A stretch of 62,599 bases of DNA, counting the filler, from Nitrospinota bacterium (GTDB taxonomy: Bacteria > JADFOP01), in the NCBI GenBank assembly GCA_022562795.1. It is 3 parts of 3 records of this genome, joined end to end, with 100 filler letters (N's around TTAATTAATTAA, not from the genome) between each part and the next. Parts side by side here need not be neighbours in the genome. Positions count along the whole stretch, not along the records: positions 25,288 to 49,412 come from JADFOP010000035.1; 2 more parts are not named here. The stretch is one strand, 5' to 3'. Both the position numbers and the translations under genes were made by a program. This document shows positions 28,885-38,571 of the stretch, one piece after another. The stretch's first letter is position 1. The number at the start of each line of letters is the position of its first letter. The notes under the pieces were generated by a model, which ran no database searches, was not told where the DNA came from, and was given only the letters and a program-made list of their open reading frames with translations.

Positions 28885-29547
28885 CTAGGGCAGCAAGACC
28901 AGATCAATCTCCGTCCGTCGGTTTTCGGCTCGCCCTTCTCTAGTCTGATTGGTGGCCCGGGGACTCGACTCGCCAAGCCACTTAGTGGTGATGCGACTGC
29001 CGGCGACGCCCCTGTCTCGAAGCCAACGGGAAACCGCCAAGGTTCGGCGGCGGCTGAGGTCAACGTTGTAGATGTCAGACCCCTTCGAATCGGTGTGGCC
29101 GGTCAGCCGGACTACAAGCTCTGAGTTTCCTTGGAGCCGATCGAGAATTTGTTCCAGGACGGACACGGACCTGGGCTTGAGGATGTCTTTATCGAAATCG
29201 AAAAAGACGTCGTTTTCGAAGACCAGCTTCTCCACCAGCTCAGCGGGTGGGGGCGCAGAGGGGGCCTGACCCAAAGCGGCGAGGGCCCGGTCGGCGGCGG
29301 CTCGGGCGGGAATGGGCCGGCAGAAGTTGAGCTCCTTGACTGCCACATCGAGGTAAGACCATGCGCTCTCAACCTGAGCGTCCCCGACCCCAGAAGCTTT
29401 AGCCTTTGAGATGGCCCTGCGAGTTTGGTCTATAGCAGACCGAGCAGCGTCGCGATCCATATAGAGGGTCGCACAGCCGGTCGCCATAAATGCCGAGACC
29501 ACCGCAAAAAATAGAAGGCGCTTCAAGGTCCGAGAGGCGTGCATCAT
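28885..29547 (-). CDS. OmpA-family lipoprotein
   Basis: Lipobox ATGC, VFFDFDK, GHTDSKGS..YN..LS.RR, NRRTEI; GGAGGG RBS. Confidence 0.88.
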   Translation of the reverse strand: MMHASRTLKRLLFFAVVSAFMATGCATLYMDRDAARSAIDQTRRAISKAKASGVGDAQVESAWSYLDVAVKELNFCRPIPARAAADRALAALGQAPSAPPPAELVEKLVFENDVFFDFDKDILKPRSVSVLEQILDRLQGNSELVVRLTGHTDSKGSDIYNVDLSRRRTLAVSRWLRDRGVAGSRITTKWLGESSPRATNQTREGRAENRRTEIDLVLLP

Positions 29548-29766
29548 ATCTCCCTCCATCAGTGCTATAGCATGAGCAGGCGATACCCGTGGACTGCAAG
29601 AGTACTCTCTAAAGTGTCCTGTAGAAGCTAAAAGTATATTATAGATGAGTATAGATATCCATAATAAATCGGTCAAGGAGAAAATAAAGAAATATGGGAT
29701 GCTTATTAACTCTATTGTTTTGATTGGGGAAGTCGGATGGGGCGGGGATGCGAGGCCTGAAGAAAC

Positions 29767-30318
29767 TCATCGCCTATTGACCGGCGGAAAGCTGAACGAG
29801 ACACGCTGGTAGCCGAAATCGTAGATGATGTCTGCGCTCTGCGCGCCCGGCTTCTCGCGGGAGAATAAAAGCCAGCCGGAGAGGATGGAGTGTGACGGAA
29901 TGCTCCCAACGAAGTAGCCATCGGCCGCGGTCGGCATCCCCCCTGTCGGGACGATAGCCCGATGCTCCTTCCCCTCCAGAAAGAGCCTCCAGGCGCCGTA
30001 ATCGAAAGGGTGAGAAAGGTTTGCTCTGTGGTTGACCGCCACCACGCGAAATACTATGTAGTCTTCGACGAGGGAGGCAACCTGTCGGCGGTGAGAATCG
30101 TTGGCAAAAGGCACGAGGCCATCGGCTAGCAATTGAGGCGTAATCCACTGCACGTAAATGTCGAGCCATTCTCGCGGCCAAACCCCAAGCTTCGCCCCGA
30201 CCGTGTTGTGATCGTGAGGAATGTCCCACCGCTGCCCCCAAACGTTGCTCTTCCCTTCGCTGGCGCAACCCCAACCGAGAGCGGCAATCAGAAGAATGGG
30301 CAGCACCCATCTGGTGAG
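29767..30318 (-). CDS. Lipoprotein whose 5' end is interrupted by the cassette
   Basis: LTRWVLPILLIAALGWGC lipobox followed by a beta-rich domain. The nearest in-frame ATG (30402) lies inside the GH130 gene; a plausible native start is stranded at 33903. Confidence 0.6.
   Translation of the reverse strand, partial: LTRWVLPILLIAALGWGCASEGKSNVWGQRWDIPHDHNTVGAKLGVWPREWLDIYVQWITPQLLADGLVPFANDSHRRQVASLVEDYIVFRVVAVNHRANLSHPFDYGAWRLFLEGKEHRAIVPTGGMPTAADGYFVGSIPSHSILSGWLLFSREKPGAQSADIIYDFGYQRVSFSFPPVNRR
30236..30318 (+). repeat. 83-bp direct repeat, copy 1
   Basis: CCCCAAACGTTGCTC...CATCTGGTGAG, identical to 33803-33885. Confidence 0.95.
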
Positions 30319-30362
30319 GCCGGGCGAGTTCGATGTGCTCCCCCTGCTCCAGATGTGCCCAA

Positions 30363-31556
30363 TCAGTAACGGTTCCCATGCAATGTCTTGCAATACTCGC
30401 ATAAATAATTAACTAGGTTATCGAGATTGCAGCTCAAAAGGATTATGTATTTGTCGCCAGCTCCGGCATAGAGAATCAGCTTGTCTTTTCGAACCAAAAC
30501 ACCTATGGGAAAAACGACTGCAGGCACGTCCACTGAATACTGATCATTACCATGTAATTCGTAAGGTGCTGAAGGGATGTAGATTGGATTTGTGGCTCGA
30601 CAAAGCACCTTTCTTGGATCGTCCAGATCCAAAAGGGCAGCACATACGGAATATCCTCTTTCAATTTTCTCCGCCAACCCGTAGGCTTTACAAATGGTAT
30701 CCCCTATCTCACCAACAGCATGATAGATGAGCAACCAACCTCTATCGGTTTTGATCACCTGGGTGCCTGGGCCGATTTTATCCCTTTCGTGCGGGTAGCG
30801 CCCGGCTTCTAAAAGCAGATTCTGGCTCCGACGCTCATAGATTTTCTCCCACTGTGCTATGTGCTTGGAAGGATTTAGTAATTGATCCATGCCAGCTTCG
30901 AGAAAACCAAGGTGAATGTTAGGATGGAAACGCAACAGCATGTAGTACTGGCCATTCACTGACTCGGGGAATGGAACTGCGTTGCGTGAATCGAAGGATT
31001 CGACCATGCCGTGATAGGTTATGTTCACGAAATCTTCAGTCGAGTAGATGGCTATCCGATCTGCGTTCGTGCCTTTGAACGGGGGGTTGATCTTACCACA
31101 CCCAATCAGCAGGTATGTCTTGTCGCACTTGACGATCCGAATGTCTTCTATTCCATAGGTAAAGTCCTGATGGTCAGTGCCATCGCCCCGGATGACCACG
31201 TTCTGGAATCTGGTGAAATGGACGCCGTCCTCGCTCACCAGAGGCCAAACCTCAGAGATATAGTTTTCCAGACAGGTGCGCTCAATGCCAAGCTTTTCAT
31301 CGAAGAACGTACCCTTCTTATACCCCTGGTGGCATCTCGGCGTCAGGATGACCTTGTCCTGGAATACTTCAGCCCCACCGTTGAAAACGGCTCCGACCTT
31401 CAGTTCGCCGTTCTCGTACAAGGTGAGCCCGAGGTCTTGAGGCTTCACGATCGGATTATTTTCAAAGGGAGCCAGTTTAAAGGCCACTTCGCCAGAGTCC
31501 AGCGAGACAACCGTTCCCTCACCTAATTTTGTGATGAAATTGTCAAGAGTCATCAT
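30363..31556 (-). CDS. GH130-family glycoside phosphorylase/hydrolase
   Basis: NNPIVKP, AVFNGGA, EDIRI, NAVPFPE, KIGPG, WLLIYH, VVFP.G, YAGAGD. Confidence 0.8.
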   Translation of the reverse strand: MMTLDNFITKLGEGTVVSLDSGEVAFKLAPFENNPIVKPQDLGLTLYENGELKVGAVFNGGAEVFQDKVILTPRCHQGYKKGTFFDEKLGIERTCLENYISEVWPLVSEDGVHFTRFQNVVIRGDGTDHQDFTYGIEDIRIVKCDKTYLLIGCGKINPPFKGTNADRIAIYSTEDFVNITYHGMVESFDSRNAVPFPESVNGQYYMLLRFHPNIHLGFLEAGMDQLLNPSKHIAQWEKIYERRSQNLLLEAGRYPHERDKIGPGTQVIKTDRGWLLIYHAVGEIGDTICKAYGLAEKIERGYSVCAALLDLDDPRKVLCRATNPIYIPSAPYELHGNDQYSVDVPAVVFPIGVLVRKDKLILYAGAGDKYIILLSCNLDNLVNYLCEYCKTLHGNRY

Positions 31557-31565
31557 TTATCTCTT

Positions 31566-32657
31566 TTAACCACCCGAAGTTGCTGTCAGTCTTTTGATCA
31601 ATTTCATGTATTCCTGGGCGATTTTTTCTTTAGAGTTCCGCGAGACATACTCTTCCGCCAGTTTTAACGTTTCATTGACGATAGGCTTTTCTTCAATTAC
31701 GCTAATCAGTCTATCTTTAAGTTCTTCCATGTCCGAGAATTTCATGACCGCTCGGCCGAGAGGTTGGATATGGGGCGATTCTATCGCCAATATTGGGGTC
31801 AGCGTTCCAAGGTAGGAAAGGATGGAACTCGAAACCATAATCTCACCCGGTTTAAATTCAGATTTAGGTTTATAAAAAATATAGGCATCTGAAGCGTGAA
31901 AATATCTATCGGTCTTTGGAGTCGGAGGCAATTCATCCCGCCATTCTATAAAATCATGTCTTTCTATCTCTTTTAGGAGTTCTTCATCAAGGTACTCGCG
32001 TGCGATCACTAATAAGAGAACAAAGTCGTATTGCTTTCTCAACTCAACCAGATACGGTAGGAGGGCAAAGATGTGGGTTTTTGGATACCAGCCGTACATA
32101 AACACGATTTTCGTGTCCAATGGTAAATTTAGCTCCAGTCTGCATTTATTCTTATCACCTCTTCTCACCGGGTTACAGGGATAGGGAATTATGTGTATCC
32201 TTTCCTCGGGATATACCTCTTTCCACATCCGCTTATACATTTTATGAAAACAGACAACTGCATCCCATTTGAATTTCCAAAAAATAGGATTTTCTGGTAA
32301 TTTAGTTTCATGGATGACATAAATGACTTTTGCTTTTTCTTTTATCTTCGGATATATTTTTATAAGTTCTTCGATAGGTATCCATTCTATTCTCTGGGTG
32401 ATAAAAATATCGTAGTCTTTTTCTAAAAAAGGCTTTGGATCAAAAGTCCACTGACCTGATGATGTGCCCTGAACATTGCAACATCTAATAACAAAATCTT
32501 CATCTGTTATTCCTTTCACTGGTTTGACATCATTAATAGGCGCAAAGACGGTCAGGTCATATTTTTGGGTCAATTCCCTACCGATTAGTTCAGCAAGAAT
32601 AGAAGTTCCATCAGCCGCATTCCATTTTGAAAAAATCGCAACTTTAGTTTGGTTCAT
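31566..32657 (-). CDS. GT-B fold glycosyltransferase (GT4-like)
   Basis: IHE, IHIIPYP, ASDA..., SS motif; paralogous to 32662-33771. Confidence 0.7.
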   Translation of the reverse strand: MNQTKVAIFSKWNAADGTSILAELIGRELTQKYDLTVFAPINDVKPVKGITDEDFVIRCCNVQGTSSGQWTFDPKPFLEKDYDIFITQRIEWIPIEELIKIYPKIKEKAKVIYVIHETKLPENPIFWKFKWDAVVCFHKMYKRMWKEVYPEERIHIIPYPCNPVRRGDKNKCRLELNLPLDTKIVFMYGWYPKTHIFALLPYLVELRKQYDFVLLLVIAREYLDEELLKEIERHDFIEWRDELPPTPKTDRYFHASDAYIFYKPKSEFKPGEIMVSSSILSYLGTLTPILAIESPHIQPLGRAVMKFSDMEELKDRLISVIEEKPIVNETLKLAEEYVSRNSKEKIAQEYMKLIKRLTATSGG

Positions 32658-32661
32658 AAAA

Positions 32662-33771
32662 TCAACGCAGGATACCCCTCAGCTTGCTGGGGGGTAATTC
32701 ACTCCTTTGGTCTCCGATTAATTTTTCAAATAATCGTATAAATTTCTGGGCAATTCTTTCAGCTTTATTGTCTTCCAGAAAATCCTCTATTCTTTTGAGG
32801 TCGAACTTGTTTTGGAATAGATCAATGAGCTTGACTTTCATATCCTCAAAATCCAGATACTTCATGATTTCGTCTCCATATAGTTCAACGTAGTTTGACT
32901 CGTGAAATAGGATAGGGCAACCGGAACCTAGAACTTGGCACACGGAACTTGACAGGACTGCTTTGTACTTCTTTGAGGATTCCCTATGAATGAGCAATGC
33001 ATCCGAAGCATGCAAGAAGTTATACAGCTCGTCTAAGGGAAGTGGCTTTACCTGAAGGTCTACAAAGTCGTATTTCTTTTTCGCTTCGCGCAATTCATCA
33101 ACATTGCTTCCGGGATTGGCGATGATCACATATCTGAGAGGATATTCCTTAACGACGTCTTTTAGAGCGGGTAAAACAGAGACAAGATCTTCTGGTCTAA
33201 AACCAAAGGAGAATACAATCTTTTCGTCCAGCGGGAGGCCCAGCTTTTTTCTCGCTTCCCCTTTATCACCAAGCTCGAGTGGATGGTAGGGATAGGGGAT
33301 CATGTGAATCTTTTCAGCAGGGAAATATTTGACCAAGTTGTCTTTGTATCTCTGATCAAAACAGACAATAGTATCCCAGTCAAACTTATAGTAAAGAGGA
33401 TCTTCCGGGGCTTTGCCCTCGTGGACAACCTGAACGGTAACAGCTTTTTCCCTAATTTTTGGAAAGACCTCAAGTAATCTTTCTGCTGGTAATCTTTCTA
33501 CATTTTGAGCAATAAAGACATCGTATTCTTCATTCAAAAGGGGAGAAGGATCAAAGAGGGTAGCCCGGGTGACTGGTATGACTTCATCAACGCGAAAGTG
33601 TCTGATGACAAAATCCTCGTCTTTTTGAAAAGTCGGTCTGGCATCAGGGTGCTTTTGGGCGGAAAATATCCTGAGCTGGTGACCCAATTTTACCCAAGCC
33701 CTCCCTACCAATTCCGCGTGGATGGAAGGCCCGTTAGCGGCATTCCAAAGACACATCATTCCTATTTTCAT
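32662..33771 (-). CDS. GT-B fold glycosyltransferase (GT4-like)
   Basis: MKIGMM..WN..G.S.HA, VHE, IPYP, ASDA, SS..LGSGCPI; TAAGGAG RBS. Confidence 0.72.
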   Translation of the reverse strand: MKIGMMCLWNAANGPSIHAELVGRAWVKLGHQLRIFSAQKHPDARPTFQKDEDFVIRHFRVDEVIPVTRATLFDPSPLLNEEYDVFIAQNVERLPAERLLEVFPKIREKAVTVQVVHEGKAPEDPLYYKFDWDTIVCFDQRYKDNLVKYFPAEKIHMIPYPYHPLELGDKGEARKKLGLPLDEKIVFSFGFRPEDLVSVLPALKDVVKEYPLRYVIIANPGSNVDELREAKKKYDFVDLQVKPLPLDELYNFLHASDALLIHRESSKKYKAVLSSSVCQVLGSGCPILFHESNYVELYGDEIMKYLDFEDMKVKLIDLFQNKFDLKRIEDFLEDNKAERIAQKFIRLFEKLIGDQRSELPPSKLRGILR

Positions 33772-33780
33772 CTTTGCTCC

Positions 33781-33903
33781 TTATACAGCCTCCTGGCCGC
33801 TTCCCCAAACGTTGCTCTTCCCTTCGCTGGCGCAACCCCAACCGAGAGCGGCAATCAGAAGAATGGGCAGCACCCATCTGGTGAGCCGTGAGTCACCAAT
33901 CAT
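33781..33903 (-). CDS. 40-aa lipoprotein-signal remnant ORF
   Basis: MIGDSRLTRWVLPILLIAALGWGCASEGKSNVWGSGQEAV. Its TAA overlaps the TAAGGAG RBS of the first GT gene. Confidence 0.4.
   Translation of the reverse strand: MIGDSRLTRWVLPILLIAALGWGCASEGKSNVWGSGQEAV
33803..33885 (+). repeat. 83-bp direct repeat, copy 2
   Basis: Identical to 30236-30318. Confidence 0.95.
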
Positions 33904-34059
33904 ACGAATGCCTTATACAGCGTCAATCTATTTACTGCTAAATCAATAGCGTATGCAACTGGCAACTGCTTTTAACGTAATACATGCACCTGCTGGCTGG
34001 GAAGGTGAGCAGGGATATGGGTTAGCTTGTATGGGCGAAAACGCGTGCGCGCTATCTAC

Positions 34060-34338
34060 CTATCTTGAACTAAAAGTATTAGATGCACACTGCTGGCGGA
34101 CAAGTTCAATCATCCCTGAATATCTATCCGCCCACATACCGTCCCAACCATCGCTAAGCCGGTACTTCACGTGGCTCTGCTTGGCCTGCTGGAGCCATGA
34201 AAGAGCGTTCCCGCAGGTAGCTACACTTCTAGAGTTGACGATCGGCCGGGAATGATTAGAAGAATTTAGCTGATTAGCGCCCGCGCAGCCGCTTAATAGC
34301 AGTAAAGCGAGTGCGAGAAGCCAAATCCCTTTACTCAT
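34060..34338 (-). CDS. Small hypothetical lipoprotein
   Basis: MSKGIWLLALALLLLSGC lipobox; two further Cys. Confidence 0.55.
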   Translation of the reverse strand: MSKGIWLLALALLLLSGCAGANQLNSSNHSRPIVNSRSVATCGNALSWLQQAKQSHVKYRLSDGWDGMWADRYSGMIELVRQQCASNTFSSR

Positions 34339-35018
34339 GAAACCTGATTTTGGCTGGCTGTTTGTGTGGCTTATCCTGAAAAGATGACTCTTGTCTGGAC
34401 CTTTTTTATCGCTCTTCAAAGTAGATACCCCCATATTTACTCGAAGGCTGTTTTTAGACCCAACCAGTTTTCTGAAATTTTTTCCTCATTAGCGCTAAAC
34501 AAAAATCCATAACTAACGATAAGACACTACAGAGAAGGAGAGGTGGCTCTCCAAGCGGAGAATATGACTAAAAAAACACGAAGAAACCGAAGAGATAGGC
34601 TTCATTGGGAGATGATCCTCCAACCTAAATGGGCTTCTAATGGAGACAAGAGTAACCCTTTGTACCTATTGTACCTAAACTTTTTCGATGATCGGTTAAG
34701 TAACTGCCTAGGGAGGTGGGGAATAAAATAACCCCTAGGTTCGGTGGCCCAGTGCCCCCTGCACATGGGCTCTAATGCTGATTGTGTAGATATCCAATAT
34801 ACAATTTTTGCGGCGAAAAATCAAGTCAAACCTCTAACGCCATTCCTCTAAGGTGGCCAAAAAGCCTACTTCTTAAAATTTTAGCATAAAATCCTAACAT
34901 TTCGCTGTTTTCTACAACCCCCCATCCGCTACCCACCTCGGCATCCCTTCAAGAGAAACCGTTGCGTGGGGGACCAGGCTCAGTTAGGATATAGGGCTAT
35001 CGGGCGGGAGGTTTGAGA

Positions 35019-35189
35019 GTGAACACGTACCAGATGGTCGTGTGCGGATCTGCAGTTATTGTGACAAGCCTGGTTGTAGGAGCCAGCTATCGCTCCACCG
35101 GAGGGCTTGAAATCAAAGCGCTCCTCATCTTGGCGGGCATTGTCACCGCCGCAGCCATGTTTTATTCCATCCTGGGCGATAAAGACTGA
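35019..35189 (+). CDS. Small two-TM membrane protein (56 aa)
   Basis: GGGAGG RBS, GTG start, MNTYQMVVCGSAVIVTSLVVGASYRSTGGLEIKALLILAGIVTAAAMFYSILGDKD. Too short for the ORF track. Confidence 0.5.
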   Translation: MNTYQMVVCGSAVIVTSLVVGASYRSTGGLEIKALLILAGIVTAAAMFYSILGDKD

Positions 35190-35329
35190 GAGAGTGGAGA
35201 ATGTTTTAGCGAAACATTATGCTCAGCTTACCGATGCCGCTTTCAGCCCTTCATCGCGAAATTTACCCTCCCGATGAATGGCAACTCACATAAGCATGAG
35301 AGGAAGCAACTTAGAATTTCAAAAGATTA

Positions 35330-35677
35330 TCACTTTCGATCCAGCTTTTTGAGAATGGCCAGGGCCCCGGCGTTGTCATCGAAAAGCCTTTGCAGTGTTC
35401 GAATTACCGATCGTCTTTTGGCTTTTGATAGGCCTTTTAAATGAGTTTCCAGAGATTTGGGAGGACGCGGACTGGGGCGATGGAAGAATTGGTGGAGCTC
35501 AATATTGTAGCACTCAGCTAGTTTCTCTAACACCTCTACGTTCGCCCGACGATTGTTTTTTTCCAGCTGGCCCAAGTACGATGCGTTAACACCCGTCTTG
35601 GCTGATACTTTATCGAGCGAGAGCTTCCGCTCTAATCTTAATTCCCTCATCCTCTTGCCAATGTCATATCGTACCAT
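35330..35677 (-). CDS. XRE-family HTH transcriptional regulator
   Basis: IGKRMRELR..RKLSL..VS.KTGVNASYLGQLE. The start could be 35707. Confidence 0.85.
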   Translation of the reverse strand: MVRYDIGKRMRELRLERKLSLDKVSAKTGVNASYLGQLEKNNRRANVEVLEKLAECYNIELHQFFHRPSPRPPKSLETHLKGLSKAKRRSVIRTLQRLFDDNAGALAILKKLDRK

Positions 35678-35908
35678 CTTCTTTAACCCTTTGCTCGACT
35701 CAAACACTCAAAAGTCCCTATAGGGACAGCGGTCAAAGCTCTGCCTGAGGCGGGAGGAGGGGCTACAATTAGCGACATTTCCTCAACCATTCATATCATA
35801 ATATCTCCAGAAATCATACTCACGCAGGAAGGGGACTCTCCCCCTCATTACTTTAAGCGCAGATGATGTGAGTCCAAGTTTTCCAGATTGGGGTATATCC
35901 GAGGAAGC

Positions 35909-36718
35909 TTAGCCCTCGGTCGCCTTGAGCACCCCAGCCTTCAGCTCTTTTAGCAAAGACCCGACGGATTCTGAGAGCTCCTCCGGCGAGCCGCCCTCCT
36001 CGATGAGCCTCACCAGGGCGCTTCCCACAACCACACCGTCCGACCAAGATGCCACCTCACGGGCCTGGTCGGGGGTGGAAATGCCGAACCCTACGACCAC
36101 GGGTCGGTCGGTGACACTCTTGATGTGGCTCAGATGCTCGGCAATTGTGTCGGCAAGCGCCTCCCGGACTCCGGTTATGCCCATGAGGGAGACATAGTAG
36201 ATGAACCCCCTGCCCCGCTTGGCCACCATGGCGATCCGGTCCTCCGTGGATGAAGGGGCCAAGAGGAAAATGAGGTCCACCCCCTCTCGCTCGGTCAGCT
36301 CCTGGAGGCTATCAGCCTCTTCTGGAGGCAGATCGGGCACGATAAGCCCATCCACTCCAACCCTGGCGGCGTTCCGGACGAACTCCTCCTCGCCGAAGAC
36401 GAAGATCGGGTTGTAGCTGGACATAAGGATAAGGGGCACGCTCACCTGGGGCCTTACCTCCTCCACCATCGCAAGAATTTTTTTCAGCGAGGTGCCGCTC
36501 TCCAGGGCCCTCAGAGCGGCTTTCTGGATGATGGGGCCATCGGCCAATGGGTCGCTGAATGGCACACCAAGCTCAATCAGGTCCGCACCGGCGGCTTCGA
36601 GGGCCGGTATGATGGCTTTGGTGGCGGCCAGGTCCGGGTCGCCCGCCTCTATAAATGGAATGAGGGCTTTCCGTCCCTGGGCACGAAGCTCGGCGAATCG
36701 CTCATCTATGCGGCTCAT
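35909..36718 (-). CDS. trpA: Tryptophan synthase alpha chain
   Basis: [31 protein letters not shown]. Confidence 0.97.
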   Translation of the reverse strand: MSRIDERFAELRAQGRKALIPFIEAGDPDLAATKAIIPALEAAGADLIELGVPFSDPLADGPIIQKAALRALESGTSLKKILAMVEEVRPQVSVPLILMSSYNPIFVFGEEEFVRNAARVGVDGLIVPDLPPEEADSLQELTEREGVDLIFLLAPSSTEDRIAMVAKRGRGFIYYVSLMGITGVREALADTIAEHLSHIKSVTDRPVVVGFGISTPDQAREVASWSDGVVVGSALVRLIEEGGSPEELSESVGSLLKELKAGVLKATEG

Positions 36719-37902
36719 AGGCGCTCTCCGAGAACCTCAGCCACCAGGTCGACGTCCTTATCGCCACGGCCTGACAGGCAGATGACGATGATATGCTCCT
36801 TAGGAAGGGTCGGGGCCAGCTTCCGCACGTGGGCGATGGCGTGAGCCGCCTCGAGGGCCGGTATGATTCCCTCCTCCTCGGAACAAAATCGAAAGGCCTC
36901 GAGCGCTTCCTCGTCGGTGACAGCCACGTATTCGGCCCTTCCCGTCTCCTTGTAATAGGCGTGTTCGGGGCCTACGCCCGGATAGTCTAGCCCCGCGGAG
37001 ATGGAATGGGCCGGCAGAATCTGGCCGTCCTCGTTGTGGAGAACATAGCTCTTGGAGCCGTGGAGCACGCCGACGGAGCCAGCCACGAGGCTCGCCCCGT
37101 GGGCGCCGCTCGATATGCCGTGGCCGGCCGCCTCGACCCCAATGAGCGCTACCTCTTTGTCCTCGTAAAAGGGATGGAATATGCCGAGGGCGTTGGAGCC
37201 TCCTCCCACGCAGGCGACGATAGTGTCCGGCAGGCGGTCCTCTTTCTTAAGTATCTGCTCCCTGGTCTCTTGACCGATAACAGCCTGGAAGTCCCTGATT
37301 ATCAAGGGAAATGGGTGGGGCCCTACGACGGAGCCTATAATGTAGTGGGTGTAGTCAACAGAGGCTATCCAGTCGCGCAAGGCCTCGTTGGTGGCGTCCT
37401 TGAGGGTCTTTGTGCCTGAGACGACAGAGATGACGCGGGTTCCCAACAGTTTCATACGTACGACGTTCAAGTGCTGGCGCTCCACATCCTCCTCGCCCAT
37501 GAAGACGTCGCACTCCAGGCCGAACATGGCCGCCGCCGTGGCCGTGGCCACTCCGTGCTGCCCTGCTCCCGTCTCGGCGATAATGCGCCGCTTCTCCATG
37601 CGTCGGGCCAGCAAGACCTGGCCCAGGGTGTTGTTAATCTTGTGCGCCCCGGTGTGGTTGAGGTCCTCTCGCTTGAGATAGATTTTGGCCCCGCCGAGCC
37701 GCTCGGTCATCCTCTCGGCTAAATAGAGGGGACTCGGGCGTCCGGCGTACTCGGTCAGGTAGTAGCGGAGCTCCTCGTGGAAGGAGGGGTCGTCTTTGGC
37801 CTCTGCGTAAGCCTGCTCCAGCCCCGTGAGGGCCGGCATAAGGGTCTCAATTACATACTTACCCCCAAAGGGCCCGAAATGGCCTCTCTCGTCAGGTCTC
37901 AT
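36715..37902 (-). CDS. trpB: Tryptophan synthase beta chain
   Basis: [38 protein letters not shown]. Confidence 0.98.
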   Translation of the reverse strand: MRPDERGHFGPFGGKYVIETLMPALTGLEQAYAEAKDDPSFHEELRYYLTEYAGRPSPLYLAERMTERLGGAKIYLKREDLNHTGAHKINNTLGQVLLARRMEKRRIIAETGAGQHGVATATAAAMFGLECDVFMGEEDVERQHLNVVRMKLLGTRVISVVSGTKTLKDATNEALRDWIASVDYTHYIIGSVVGPHPFPLIIRDFQAVIGQETREQILKKEDRLPDTIVACVGGGSNALGIFHPFYEDKEVALIGVEAAGHGISSGAHGASLVAGSVGVLHGSKSYVLHNEDGQILPAHSISAGLDYPGVGPEHAYYKETGRAEYVAVTDEEALEAFRFCSEEEGIIPALEAAHAIAHVRKLAPTLPKEHIIVICLSGRGDKDVDLVAEVLGERL

Positions 37903-38536
37903 GAATCATCTCCGCCTCGGCCGCCTTGGCGCGCTCGATGAAGGCGCGCACCTTCTCCTGGTCTTTGACGCCCGGCGCCGTCTCAACCCCACTTGCCACA
38001 TCGACCCCGTAGGGGCGGGTCGCCCGGACCGTCTCTCCCACGTTCTCAGCCGTCAGGCCCCCCGCTACGATGATGGGGCGTCCGGCGGCCTTCTCCTTGG
38101 CCTCCTCCACGAGATGATGATCGAAACCCTTGCCCGTGCCGCCGGCCAGATCGGGGTCGAAAGCGTCCAACAGGAACGCCGCGACCTCATATCTCCGAAG
38201 GTCCGCCAGGCTCCCCGAATCCTTTACCCTGACGGCCTTTATGACATCGAGGTCGGCCTTTCGGCAATACTCCGGCGACTCTTGGCCGTGGAGCTGCACC
38301 ATCCGAAAGCCGCACATGGCCGATAGCTTTTTGACCTCCTCAAGCGGCGCATCGACGAAAAGCCCGACGGGCGTAACGTATTCGGGCAAATCAGCGATGA
38401 TGTCTCTGGCCAGCTGGGGCTCAATCGCCCGAGGGCTCGGGGCGTAAAAATTGAACCCCAGGGCATCGGCCCCGGCCTCCACGGCTACGGCGGCATCGGC
38501 CCCGCCGGTTATTCCGCAAATCTTAACCCAAACCAT
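37892..38536 (-). CDS. trpF: Phosphoribosylanthranilate isomerase
   Basis: VKICGIT, VQLHG, GGTG, AGGL, DVASGVE. Confidence 0.96.
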   Translation of the reverse strand: MVWVKICGITGGADAAVAVEAGADALGFNFYAPSPRAIEPQLARDIIADLPEYVTPVGLFVDAPLEEVKKLSAMCGFRMVQLHGQESPEYCRKADLDVIKAVRVKDSGSLADLRRYEVAAFLLDAFDPDLAGGTGKGFDHHLVEEAKEKAAGRPIIVAGGLTAENVGETVRATRPYGVDVASGVETAPGVKDQEKVRAFIERAKAAEAEMIHET

Positions 38537-38571
38537 GGGGTATCCATTGAAGGGGCTCTCGCGCCATTATA

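Larger units (their letters stand above)
30319..33802. mobile_element. AT-rich three-gene cassette between direct repeats (putative horizontally acquired island)
   Basis: Visibly lower GC and different codon usage; flanked by exact 83-bp repeats; no integrase or transposase. Confidence 0.6.
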
